Shown: piece by piece, positions 9,094-18,326 of the stretch
How positions within the stretch are numbered: position 1 is the stretch's first letter
Layout of the letters: each line of letters opens with the position of its first letter
Source of the DNA: an uncultured Chloroflexia bacterium
Lineage (GTDB): Bacteria; Chloroflexota; Limnocylindria; Limnocylindrales; CSP1-4
Assembly: GCA_963707215.1 (NCBI GenBank)
Contig: CAVPPB010000003.1
Span: 256,001 to 320,000, forward strand
Direction: 5' to 3'
DNA: 64,000 nt
The notes under the pieces: generated by a model
Databases searched by the model: none
Told to the model about the DNA's origin: nothing
Seen by the model: only the letters and a program-made list of their open reading frames with translations
Program-made: the position numbers and the translations under genes

Positions 9094-10517
9094 GCGCCTC
9101 CGGTCCACTCCCCGAGGGCGGCGGCCCCGGCTCAGCGGCGGATGATCTCCAGGCCCGCCTGGCTCGGTTCCGGGCGGCCCGTCAGACCGACGACCCGGGA
9201 CCGCAGCGGGCACTTGCCCGGCGCCCTCGGCCGGCGCCCGGGATGCTGGCCGGGCGCCTCGCGGAGCTGCTCGACGGCTGGGTCGAGAGGAGCGAGCACG
9301 GCAGCCTGGTCCGTGTCGAGCCACCACCGCGCCGGATCGCCCTCGACCGCGAGCTCCTGGCCCGCATGCCCGGTGGCCCTCCGGCCGACGCCCCGCTCGT
9401 GTGCCTCGACACCGAGACGACCGGGCTGGGAACGGCCACGGGCACGCTGGCCTTCCTGGTCGGCCTCGGCTGGTGGGAGGGTGACGATCGGTTCCAGCAG
9501 GCCCAGCTCCTGATCGCCGACCACGCCGACGAGCCGGCTCTGCTGGCGGCCCTGGCCGCGGCTATCCCGTCCGACTCGTGGCTGGTGACGTACAATGGGC
9601 GGACCTTCGACTGGCCGCTCCTCGAGACGCGCTACCGGCTGCGGCGGGACGACCCGCCGCCGCTGGCCGGCCACGTCGACCTCCTGCCGCTGGCCCGCCG
9701 GCTGTTCCGCCACCGACTCGACGATGCGCGCCTCCGATCCGTGGAGACCGGCGTGCTCGGCATCCGGCGGTCGCGCGACGTCGAGGGCTGGCAGATACCC
9801 GGCCTCTACCTCGGGGCGCTGCGCGGCGACGACCCGACGACCCTCGCCCAGGTCGTCCGTCACAACGACGTCGACGTGCGCTCGCTGGCCGCCCTGCTGG
9901 CCCACCTCGGGACCAGCCTCCTCGACCCCGCCGGTCGAGCGGGGGCGCCGGCCGGCGACCTGGCCGGCCTCGGCAGGCTGTACCGGCGATCCGGCCGGAT
10001 CGACGAGGCCCTCGAGCTCGTCGAGGCTGCCATCGCGACCTACGACGAGCCGGTCCGCGATCCGTTCGGGCACGGAGCGGCGATCGCTCCGGATGGGGCG
10101 CGAGAGGCATCGCGCCCGGTCCGGCACGTCCCTCCCTGGGACCTTGTCCGACTCCGATCGGAGCAGGCTCGACTACTTCGGCGCACGGGTCGTGACCACG
10201 AGGCAGAGCGGGCGTGGCTGGCCGCGGCGACCGCCGCCGGAGGGAGTCGCAGCGCGGTCCACGCCTGGATCGAGGTCGCCAAGTGTCGCGAACGCGCGCT
10301 CGGCGACCTGGCAGGAGCGCTCGAAGCCGCCCTGCGCGCCGGCCGGCTCCTGGAACGGACGCGCGCCCTTGGTCGCCCGGAACCGCTCCTCGAGGCGCGG
10401 ACCGGAGCCCGGGTCGAGCGGATCCGGCGCCGCCTCAGCCGGGCTGGGACTGGTCGAGCCCCGGCTCACGCCCGGCGACCGCGCGCTGCCCCAGCGATGA
10501 ACGAAGCCGGGCGATGA
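9090..10517 (+). CDS. mrfB: RNase H-like (DEDD) exonuclease with TPR-like C-terminus (MrfB/YprB-like)
   Basis: LDTETTGL, TYNGRTFDWP, HVDLL, HNDVDV motifs; ATGA overlap with the helicase. Confidence 0.8.
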   Translation: MSASGPLPEGGGPGSAADDLQARLARFRAARQTDDPGPQRALARRPRPAPGMLAGRLAELLDGWVERSEHGSLVRVEPPPRRIALDRELLARMPGGPPADAPLVCLDTETTGLGTATGTLAFLVGLGWWEGDDRFQQAQLLIADHADEPALLAALAAAIPSDSWLVTYNGRTFDWPLLETRYRLRRDDPPPLAGHVDLLPLARRLFRHRLDDARLRSVETGVLGIRRSRDVEGWQIPGLYLGALRGDDPTTLAQVVRHNDVDVRSLAALLAHLGTSLLDPAGRAGAPAGDLAGLGRLYRRSGRIDEALELVEAAIATYDEPVRDPFGHGAAIAPDGAREASRPVRHVPPWDLVRLRSEQARLLRRTGRDHEAERAWLAAATAAGGSRSAVHAWIEVAKCRERALGDLAGALEAALRAGRLLERTRALGRPEPLLEARTGARVERIRRRLSRAGTGRAPAHARRPRAAPAMNEAGR

Positions 10518-11445
10518 CAGCCTGCCGCTCCGGGACACCAGCCAGGCCCGGACCCTCGACGACGAGAGACGCCATGACGGCACCGAGCCGGAGGTCCCAG
10601 CCGCCTTCCGTCCGGCCTCCGACCAACCGGGGCTCCAGCCGGGCGGCCAGAACGCCCGCCAGGAAGCTGTCACCCGCGCCGACGGGGTCGACCAGGCGAG
10701 TGGACGGGATGATCCCGTAGTTACGGAGCCGCTCCGGACCGTCGGGGCCGGCCACCATCGCGAGCCCACCCTGGCGCCCGGCGGTCACGATCAGCTCGGC
10801 ACCCGGGTGCAGCAGGCGGCAGAGCGAGGTCAGCCCCAGGCCAGGGTCGAGGTCATCGCGACTCACCCCGACCAGATCGGCCCGGGTGAGCAGGCGCGAC
10901 GCGGAAGGTTCGCGGCGCCGGACCGGACCCGGCTCGCTCAGCTCCCGGAGGAGCCCCTGCCAGCCGAGGCCGACGAGTCCGTCCGGGGGCACGACGTCGG
11001 CCCAGTCGTCGGCGACCTCGGCAGCCACCGGCGCGATCATCCAGCCCGAAGCGTCGCTCCAGGCGGCGGGGAGCGCGTCGGCGGGAACCCGATCCGAGAT
11101 CGAGCGGGCCTCCTGGACCCGCCCCGACGGCGTTTCGACGTTCTCGAAGACCGGCCCATGCTCAAGGGGCACCAGGTGGAGGTCGACGCCGGCGATCCGC
11201 AGCAGGTCGAGCTCGATCGCGCCGGCGGCGGGTCCGTCGACCCCCATCACGGCCCCGGTGCGCAGACCGAGGCGGGCCAGGGCCAGGGCTGCGTAGGTCA
11301 CCCCGCCTCCCAGGCGCCAGCCCCTGGGATCGTCGGCCACCACGTCTCGGCTGGCGACCCCGACGACGACGACGTCGGGCACCTCACCCGCCGTGGCGTC
11401 GGTGGTCGCGGCGACCGCCTCGTATACTGGCTGCCCGGCCGTCAC
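10435..11445 (-). CDS. PfkB family carbohydrate kinase
   Basis: GGGVTYAALALARLG and VDPVGAGDSF motifs. The true start may be the GTG at 11382. Confidence 0.85.
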   Translation of the reverse strand: MTAGQPVYEAVAATTDATAGEVPDVVVVGVASRDVVADDPRGWRLGGGVTYAALALARLGLRTGAVMGVDGPAAGAIELDLLRIAGVDLHLVPLEHGPVFENVETPSGRVQEARSISDRVPADALPAAWSDASGWMIAPVAAEVADDWADVVPPDGLVGLGWQGLLRELSEPGPVRRREPSASRLLTRADLVGVSRDDLDPGLGLTSLCRLLHPGAELIVTAGRQGGLAMVAGPDGPERLRNYGIIPSTRLVDPVGAGDSFLAGVLAARLEPRLVGGRTEGGWDLRLGAVMASLVVEGPGLAGVPERQAVIARLRSSLGQRAVAGREPGLDQSQPG

Positions 11446-11471
11446 CCGACGGCCCCTGCGGTGGGATCCCG

Positions 11472-11828
11472 GTGCACGTCTACGCTCTCCAGGAAGGGGA
11501 GGACGACCTCTTCCAAGACATCTACCTCATCCGCGAGGAGCCCATCGAGCCCGAGGACTTCTTCGAGCTCGTCCAGGGGATCCGCCGGCGGATCCAGGAC
11601 TCGTTCGAGGACGATACCCTCGTGGAGGCCATCGCGGGCGTCCTGGAGGGTGAGCATGGCTTCGTCGCCCTGACCGACGATCGGATCGACGCCGCCGTCC
11701 AGATCTCGACCGAGGAGGACGGCAACCACCTCATCGTTCTCGACGAGCTCGATGATGCCGGTGCCGACGACGCCGACTACCGCGCCATCCTCGCCGATTT
11801 CGACGCCGGGACCGGCCGTCTCGACTGA
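11472..11828 (+). CDS. Hypothetical, very acidic protein
   Basis: 118 aa with genome-typical codon usage; a TATACT -10 lies at 11423-11428; it fills the gap between pfkB and ychF. Confidence 0.75.
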   Translation: MHVYALQEGEDDLFQDIYLIREEPIEPEDFFELVQGIRRRIQDSFEDDTLVEAIAGVLEGEHGFVALTDDRIDAAVQISTEEDGNHLIVLDELDDAGADDADYRAILADFDAGTGRLD

Positions 11829-11881
11829 CCGGCGCGCCGGCGCGGGTCTCCGGACCCGGACCCCACCGTCCGGACCCGCGA

Positions 11882-12985
11882 TCAGCGGCTGAACAGCACC
11901 TCGATCACGTCGCCGTCCCGGACCTCGGCGGTCTTGCCCTCGGATCGGAGCTTGCCGTGCCGGCGGGCCTCGGCGATCGAGCCGAGCTCGACGAGGTCCT
12001 CGTACGCGACGACCTCCGCCCGGATGAAACCGTGGGCAAGGTCGGTATGGATCGTGCCGGCCGCGTCGACGGCCGTCGCGCCCTCGCGGACGGGCCAGGC
12101 CCGGACCTCGTCCGGCCCGGCGGTCAGGAAGCTGATCAGGCCCAGCAGCCGGTAGCTCAGGCGGATGACCCGATCCAGGCTCGACTCCCTCAATCCATAC
12201 GCGTCCATCAGGTCGGTCGCCTCGGCAGGATCCAGCTCGCCGAGCTCCATCTCGATGCGGGCCGACAGGGCGTCGACAAGCGCATGCCGGTGGCCATACC
12301 CGGCAGACAGCCCCGCGACGATCTCGGAGGCCCGGGCGAGGTCGTCCTCGCCGAGGTTCACGAGGACGAGGACCGGCTTCTGGGTCAGGAACCGGAACCC
12401 GCGGATCGCTTTCTCCTCGTCGGGCTCCAGGAGCACGTCGCGGATCGGCGTCCCAGCCTCGAGGGCCGCCTTCAGGCGGACCAGGATCGCCTCCTCACGC
12501 TCGTTGGCTTCCCGCTCGGCCGGCGTCCCGTGGCGACCGCTCGACTGGAGGCGCTCGAGGCGCCGGTCGCAGAGGGCCAGGTCGGCGAGCATGAACTCGA
12601 GGTCCAGCTGCTCGAGGTCGCGGGCCGGGTCGACGGAGCCGGCCGGATGCGGATGGACCGGGTCGTCCCAGGCCCGGACGACGTGCACGAGGGCGTCGGC
12701 CTCCCGGAGCCTGGCCAGGTGCTCGGCGGGCAGCTCCTCGGTCCCGATACGGCCCTCGGACGATGCGGGCGGTGCCGGCAGATCGACGTAGGTGACATCG
12801 GCGTTGACGATCTTCCTGGGCTTGAAGATCTCGGCCAGCCGATAGAGCCGCTCGTCCGGGACCTTCACCGTCCCCACGTGGAGCTCCATGCCACCATAGC
12901 CGCCGGTCTGGGCGTGGCCGCGCGTCAGCGTATTGAAGACGGTGGTCTTGCCGGCGGCAGCGAGACCGACGATCGCGATCTGCAT
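11882..12985 (-). CDS. ychF: Redox-regulated ATPase YchF
   Basis: GLAAAGKTTVFNTLT, VKVPDERL, DALVHVVR, FLTAGPDEVRAW, IHTDLAHGFIRAEV, EGK...VRDGDV. Confidence 0.93.
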   Translation of the reverse strand: MQIAIVGLAAAGKTTVFNTLTRGHAQTGGYGGMELHVGTVKVPDERLYRLAEIFKPRKIVNADVTYVDLPAPPASSEGRIGTEELPAEHLARLREADALVHVVRAWDDPVHPHPAGSVDPARDLEQLDLEFMLADLALCDRRLERLQSSGRHGTPAEREANEREEAILVRLKAALEAGTPIRDVLLEPDEEKAIRGFRFLTQKPVLVLVNLGEDDLARASEIVAGLSAGYGHRHALVDALSARIEMELGELDPAEATDLMDAYGLRESSLDRVIRLSYRLLGLISFLTAGPDEVRAWPVREGATAVDAAGTIHTDLAHGFIRAEVVAYEDLVELGSIAEARRHGKLRSEGKTAEVRDGDVIEVLFSR

Positions 12986-12989
12986 CGGC

Positions 12990-14081
12990 TCAGTAGCCGA
13001 CCGCCGGGTCGACCACGTTGAGCAGCGGACGACCGTCGCTGAAGCGGCGCAGGTTCTCGCAGAACAGGCCCACGCTGCGATCCAGGACTCGTCCGCTGGA
13101 CCAGGACGTGTGGGGCGTCACGATGACGTTGGGCAGGTCGTAGAAGGGCGAGGTCGGCGGCAGCGGCTCCTCGCGGAACGCGTCGAGCACCGCCCCGCCG
13201 AGGGGGCCCTCGACGAGGGCCCGCAGCAGCGCCCGCTCGTCGATGAGCCGGCCCCGGGCGACGTTGATGAGCCACGCCCCGGGCTTGACGTGCGACAGGG
13301 CGGCCTCGTCGATCATGTTCTCGGTCTCGGGCGTCAGCGGCGCGGCCAGCACGATGAAGTCCGAATTGGCGAGCAGGTCCGGCAGCGACTCGGGGCCCAG
13401 GACCCGGTCGAGCATGACCTCGCCGAGCGGCCGTTCGTCGTCATGACCATGGGCTTCGTGATGGCCCTGGCCATGCGCCGGCCCGCTGCCTGCCTCGGTC
13501 CGCCGTCGGATCGCCACGACCCGACAGCCGAAGGCCGTCGCGAGGGCGCCGACCGCCCGACCGATCGAGCCCAGCCCGACGATGCCGACGGTGACGTCCC
13601 GGAGCTCGGCGCCCTCGAGCGGCTGCCAGGTCCGCTCGCGCTGGAGCTCGAGCAGCTGGGGCAGTCGTCGGGTCACGGCGAGGATCATCAGCATCACGTA
13701 CTCGGCGATCGGCCGCGAGAAGACGCCGCGCGCATTGGTGATGACGAGATTGCGGTCGAGGCTGGTCGGCGTCAGGACCCGTTCGACACCGGCCGAGGCC
13801 GAATGGACCCAGCGCATCCGGGGCGCTCGTGACAGGACCCGGTCGAACGCCTCGGCCGAAAGGAAGCCGCGCAAGAGGACCTCGACGTCGTCGAGTGGCC
13901 CGTCGGCGAGACCCTCGACCGAGACGGTCACGATCCGCGACCCGGGGGCCGCCTCGCGGATGCGCTCCAGGTCCCGGGATCGCCAGCGAGCCGAGAGGAT
14001 GGGGCTCAGGGCGATCGCCGTCGGCACGCCGTCCGGCCCGTCCCCGGGCCCCGGCTCGCGCCGGAGCGCGTCGTGACTCAT
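12990..14081 (-). CDS. D-2-hydroxyacid dehydrogenase
   Basis: SAGVE, GIVGLGSIG, PLTPET, INVARG, LDAFREEPLP, TPH motifs; ATG at 14081 overlaps the upstream stop. Confidence 0.88.
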   Translation of the reverse strand: MSHDALRREPGPGDGPDGVPTAIALSPILSARWRSRDLERIREAAPGSRIVTVSVEGLADGPLDDVEVLLRGFLSAEAFDRVLSRAPRMRWVHSASAGVERVLTPTSLDRNLVITNARGVFSRPIAEYVMLMILAVTRRLPQLLELQRERTWQPLEGAELRDVTVGIVGLGSIGRAVGALATAFGCRVVAIRRRTEAGSGPAHGQGHHEAHGHDDERPLGEVMLDRVLGPESLPDLLANSDFIVLAAPLTPETENMIDEAALSHVKPGAWLINVARGRLIDERALLRALVEGPLGGAVLDAFREEPLPPTSPFYDLPNVIVTPHTSWSSGRVLDRSVGLFCENLRRFSDGRPLLNVVDPAVGY

Positions 14082-15295
14082 GGCCTGATCGCTCCGGGCA
14101 GGAGCCGCCCGCCCCTGTCGTCGAGGACCCGGGTGACCCAGCGGTCCGGGGCGTCGATCTCGGCCGGAGTCGGCAGGGTCTCGGGCCCGTCCCACAGGCG
14201 GCGCAGGGCCTCGCTGCCGCGCGCCGCCGCGACGGCAGCCACGAACCGCTCCCCCTTCCGGTACTGCTCGAGCTTCAGGTCCATGCCGGTCAGGCGAAGC
14301 ATGGCACGCTCGGTCGCCGTCCGTCGCTGTCGTCGCTCATGGAAGCGGGCACTGATCCGCTCAACGCCGGGCACGATCGACTTCCCGACCGAATCCATCA
14401 CGTGGTCGCTGAAGCCCTCGAGGAGGCTCATGACCGCCTGGGTCTCACGGAAGCTGCGGGCCTGCTCGGCGCCCATCAGGCGCTCGATCCAGTGGTCGCC
14501 GCTCCCCTCCCCGCGCAGCCACCGCCCGATCGACTGGACGGCATCCTTCCCCAGCGATCCGGCGTCGGAGAAGGCAGCCAGCTGCGACTCCAGGCGCTGG
14601 GCAAGGTACGGTCGAAGCCACGGATGGGCCTCGAACTCGAAGGCGTGGGTCGTCTCGTGGAGGGCGATCCAGGTCCGGAAGGCGGTCAGAGGGACCCCGA
14701 GGCTGCGGGCCGTCTGGCGGATGTTCTCCTCGACGAAGAGCAACCGCCCGGGCGTCGTCTCGGCCGAGAGGATGGCGAGATCGTACTGGCCGAGGACCCG
14801 CTGGCCCATGAAGCCGAGCAGGAAGCCGAGTTGACGGGTCGTGATCCAGCGGTTGGCGATGGCGACCATCGACTTGGGCAGGCCCGCCTCCGGCGGCACG
14901 AGCTGGTCGAGCAGGTGGTGCTCCAGCCGTCCCATGATCGACTCGAAGCCGACGATGTTGGCCTGGACCCAGCCGGCCCGATCGACGACTCCGACCCGAT
15001 CGACGACCCCCGGGAGCTCCACGCCCAGGGCGTCCGTGAGGGCCGGGACGACGCGTTCCATGGCAGCCGCATAGCGGGACTCGACGGACCGGAGCTCCGA
15101 CGCCGGCAGCGCTCCGGGCGCCCGGCGGAGCCGCTCCGTCGCGATCCGCTCAACCGTCGGCCAGTCCACGAGCCCCTGGCGAGCGGACCTCTCGGCTCGA
15201 CGGCCGAGGATCGTGATCGCCGCGCCGAAGGCGGCTCCGACGACGAGCCCTGCCTGCCAGACGCGGTCCTCGGGGAGGACCCGTCGACCGCTCAT
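14078..15295 (-). CDS. Zinc-dependent metalloprotease (zincin, DUF2342-like)
   Basis: VLGQYD, HETTH (HExxH), MSLLEGFSDHVM, KLEQYRKGERF motifs. Confidence 0.85.
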   Translation of the reverse strand: MSGRRVLPEDRVWQAGLVVGAAFGAAITILGRRAERSARQGLVDWPTVERIATERLRRAPGALPASELRSVESRYAAAMERVVPALTDALGVELPGVVDRVGVVDRAGWVQANIVGFESIMGRLEHHLLDQLVPPEAGLPKSMVAIANRWITTRQLGFLLGFMGQRVLGQYDLAILSAETTPGRLLFVEENIRQTARSLGVPLTAFRTWIALHETTHAFEFEAHPWLRPYLAQRLESQLAAFSDAGSLGKDAVQSIGRWLRGEGSGDHWIERLMGAEQARSFRETQAVMSLLEGFSDHVMDSVGKSIVPGVERISARFHERRQRRTATERAMLRLTGMDLKLEQYRKGERFVAAVAAARGSEALRRLWDGPETLPTPAEIDAPDRWVTRVLDDRGGRLLPGAIRP

Positions 15296-16224
15296 CGAGC
15301 GCCAGGCACGGCCGGATCCAGGACCGTGGCCTCGGCCGGGGGAAGGGCGTCGGCGCCGAAGAGCCGCCTGGCGACCGACTCGAACGACTCGACGGGACCC
15401 GTCGTGAGGACTCGATGGAGGGTCGGTCCGCGCCGGTCCCGGGGTGGCTCGTGGCCCTCGAGCCCGGCGTCGGCGGCCGTGCCGCGCGTCGTGCCCGGTG
15501 CCTCGAGGCCGTTGACCGCCAGCAACTCGGCGAGCGCCCCCGCGGTCGCCGTCGCCGAGTCGACGATGGCGACCCGTTCGCCGACCGTCTCGGCGATGAG
15601 CGGCCGCAGCAGTGGGTAGTGGGTGCAGCCCAGGAGCAGGGTGTCGATCCGCGCCGAGGGAGGCAGGGGGAAGATGAACTCGCCGTCGGGATCGCGCTCG
15701 CCGAGCAGGGGCGCGAGCGCCTCGCGGATCGTGGCCTCGGCCTCCGGGCCGTCGAGCCGGCCGGCCTCGACCATCGGGACCAGGGCCGGCGTGGCGTGCT
15801 CGTAGACCTCGACCGCGGGGTTCTCGTCCTTGATGGCCATGAAGTAGGCTCGCGATCGCACCGTCGCCGGGGTGGCCACCACGCCGACCCGTCGGCTGCG
15901 GGTGGCGAGCGCCGCGGCGACCGCGCCGGGCCGGACGACGCCCAGGATCGGCAGGTCGTAGCGGCGCCGGAGGTCGGGCAGCGCGACCGCCGTGGAGGTG
16001 TTGCAGGCGACGACGACGGCCTTGACGTCGAGATCGGCGAGCCGGTCGAGGGCCTGGGCGGAGAAGGCTCGCACCTCGTCGTCCGAGCGGGTCCCGTAGG
16101 GCGCCCGGGCGTTGTCGCCGAGGTAGATCGTCGATTCGCTCGGCAGGCGACGATGGATCTCGCTGAGGACCGTCAGGCCGCCGACGCCGGAGTCGAAGAC
16201 GCCGATCGGGCGCGGGTCCGCCAC
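15292..16224 (-). CDS. murI: Glutamate racemase
   Basis: IGVFDSGVGGLTV, PYG, VVACNTS, LLGCTHYP. Confidence 0.95.
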   Translation of the reverse strand: MADPRPIGVFDSGVGGLTVLSEIHRRLPSESTIYLGDNARAPYGTRSDDEVRAFSAQALDRLADLDVKAVVVACNTSTAVALPDLRRRYDLPILGVVRPGAVAAALATRSRRVGVVATPATVRSRAYFMAIKDENPAVEVYEHATPALVPMVEAGRLDGPEAEATIREALAPLLGERDPDGEFIFPLPPSARIDTLLLGCTHYPLLRPLIAETVGERVAIVDSATATAGALAELLAVNGLEAPGTTRGTAADAGLEGHEPPRDRRGPTLHRVLTTGPVESFESVARRLFGADALPPAEATVLDPAVPGAR

Positions 16225-16229
16225 CGAGC

Positions 16230-17381
16230 TCAGTGGGCCGCGCCGACGGCGGCCCGGCCCTCCCCGACCAGGGCCCGGGCGACCCGCAGCATGTCCTGGC
16301 TGACCGGCGCGTCGGGATAGGCCAGCACGAAGGGAACGCCCTCGTTGTTGGCCCGCACGACGAGCGGGCCGTCCGAGATCAGCGTGTGCTCCGGGACCCG
16401 GCCGATGGCCCTGGCGAGATCCTCGGCGGCGATGCCGCCCGACGCGTCGGCCCGATTCACCAGGTACTGGACCTTGGTCGGCGGGTAGCCGATCGCCCGG
16501 AAGGTGCTGGCCATGGCGATCGTGTTGTGGATGGTCGTCGCGTCGAAGGTCACGATCTCGAGGATCAGGTCGGCCTGGTCGAGGAGCTGGAGCGTGACGT
16601 CACCGAGGTGCGATTCGGTGTCGGCGACGACGACCTCGTAGACCCGTCGGAGCATCGAGAGGACCTTGTCCACGTCGCGCACCGAGACCATCTCGGCCTG
16701 CTCGATCCGAGGCGGCGCCAGCAGGATGTCCACCCCCGATGGGTCGCGCCAGAGGACGTCGGTGAGGTCGGCCTCGGTGATGCGGTCCGTTGGCAGGTCG
16801 AGGATCGACGGGGCGTCCGGCGGTACCTTGAGCAGCGAACGGAGGTCGCCGAACTGGAAGCTGCCATCGAGGAGCACCGTGCGGCGACCCACCTGGGCGC
16901 TGGCCACCGAGAGATTGAAGGCGATGGTGGTCGTGCCGACACCGCCCTTGGGAGCGAAGACGGTGTAGACGCGCGAGGCGCCGGCGCTCCCGGACTCCTG
17001 GAACTTGCGGAAGACCTCGCCGACGCGGTTGACGAGGTCGTACCCGGAGAAGGGCATCGACAGCACCCCGTCGATGCCCTTGGCGAGGTTCGGGCTCACC
17101 GGCTGCTGGGGAACGGTCAGGACGATCACCGGGACCCGGGGCTCGAGAGCTGCCAGCCGCTCGACGACCTGCATGCCCTTGGTGCGGCCCTGCAGCAGGG
17201 CGTCGACCAGGACGATGTCGGGCCGCAGCTGGCCGACGGTCTCGACGACCTTGCCGCCGTCAGAGACGACCTCCAGCAGGCGGATCGATGACTGCGCATT
17301 GAGCAGCCCGCGGATGTACTGGACGACCTGCGGGACGTCCTCCACGAGGAGCAGACTCACCTGGGATGGGCTCGCGGACAT
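16230..17381 (-). CDS. Receiver domain plus MinD/ParA-like ATPase (CpaE/TadZ family)
   Basis: N-terminal REC-like domain (LLVED...LVD), deviant Walker A APKGGVGTTT, LLDGSFQFGD, ANNEGVP. Confidence 0.8.
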   Translation of the reverse strand: MSASPSQVSLLLVEDVPQVVQYIRGLLNAQSSIRLLEVVSDGGKVVETVGQLRPDIVLVDALLQGRTKGMQVVERLAALEPRVPVIVLTVPQQPVSPNLAKGIDGVLSMPFSGYDLVNRVGEVFRKFQESGSAGASRVYTVFAPKGGVGTTTIAFNLSVASAQVGRRTVLLDGSFQFGDLRSLLKVPPDAPSILDLPTDRITEADLTDVLWRDPSGVDILLAPPRIEQAEMVSVRDVDKVLSMLRRVYEVVVADTESHLGDVTLQLLDQADLILEIVTFDATTIHNTIAMASTFRAIGYPPTKVQYLVNRADASGGIAAEDLARAIGRVPEHTLISDGPLVVRANNEGVPFVLAYPDAPVSQDMLRVARALVGEGRAAVGAAH

Positions 17382-17483
17382 CGCTGCGACGATACCACGC
17401 GACCCGGGTCTCCCTCCGATGGTCCGAAGGTCCCGGTCGCGAGGGCTCCGCGGGGGCCCGGCCCCCGTCCGCCGGAGGGAGGG

Positions 17484-18326
17484 TCAGCCCTCCGAAGGTC
17501 GGCGGGCGACCAGGACGGCGCGCTCGCTGTCGGCGTCGAGCGGGCCCAGGTCGCGATCGCCGGCGAGCGTCTCGACCACGAGTCCGGCGGCGGTCGCCAT
17601 ATCGCTGAGCTCCTCGGGCGCCAGGAGTCGCATCGGGTCGCGACGGACCCATCGGCGCGGCGGCCCGCCGGGACCCGCCAGCTCGTAGATCGTGGTCACC
17701 TCGACGACCCGTCCATCCGGGTCGCGCGACGCCGCCCAGCTCTTGGTGAGTGCGGAGCCATCGGCCTCGAGGTGGACGCCGGCGAGCATGAGCCGGCCGT
17801 CGTAGACCTCGAGATCAGCCTCGGACGGCAGCCAGACGTCGACGACGGCGAGACCGTCCGGGGCCAGATGGTGGGCCATGACCCGCAGCGCCGCGGCCTG
17901 GGAGGCCCGGTCGGCGAGGAGGAAGACCGAGTTGAGCGCGAGCACCACCAATCGAAAGGAGCCTGCCGCTGGGAGCGGCTGCGGGTCGAGGTCCAGGAGA
18001 TCCGCCTCGACCAGGGAGAGCCGCCCGGACACGCCGGCCTCGCCCGCCTTGGCCTGGGCGCGGGCCAGCATCGCCGGGTCCACGTCGACCGCGGTGACGG
18101 CTAGACCCGCCTCGGCCAGCGGGACCGCGATCCGTCCGGTGCCGGCCGCCAGCTCCAGGATCGGTCCGCCGGTTCGGCGCGCCAGCCCGAGGTAGAGGGC
18201 CAGGTCGCCGGGGTCCTCGGCCGCCAGGTCGAGGTCGTACAGGAGCGCGAACGCGGTCGCCGGATCCGATGTGCCGGCCTCGGCGAGGCGGCGGAGGGCC
18301 GGCAGGCCGTCGATCGGCTCAGTCAA
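17484..18326 (-). CDS. Class I SAM-dependent methyltransferase
   Basis: ILELAAGTGRI, AVDVDPAML, HLAPDG motifs; probable TTG start overlapping the speB stop. Confidence 0.8.
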   Translation of the reverse strand: MTEPIDGLPALRRLAEAGTSDPATAFALLYDLDLAAEDPGDLALYLGLARRTGGPILELAAGTGRIAVPLAEAGLAVTAVDVDPAMLARAQAKAGEAGVSGRLSLVEADLLDLDPQPLPAAGSFRLVVLALNSVFLLADRASQAAALRVMAHHLAPDGLAVVDVWLPSEADLEVYDGRLMLAGVHLEADGSALTKSWAASRDPDGRVVEVTTIYELAGPGGPPRRWVRRDPMRLLAPEELSDMATAAGLVVETLAGDRDLGPLDADSERAVLVARRPSEG

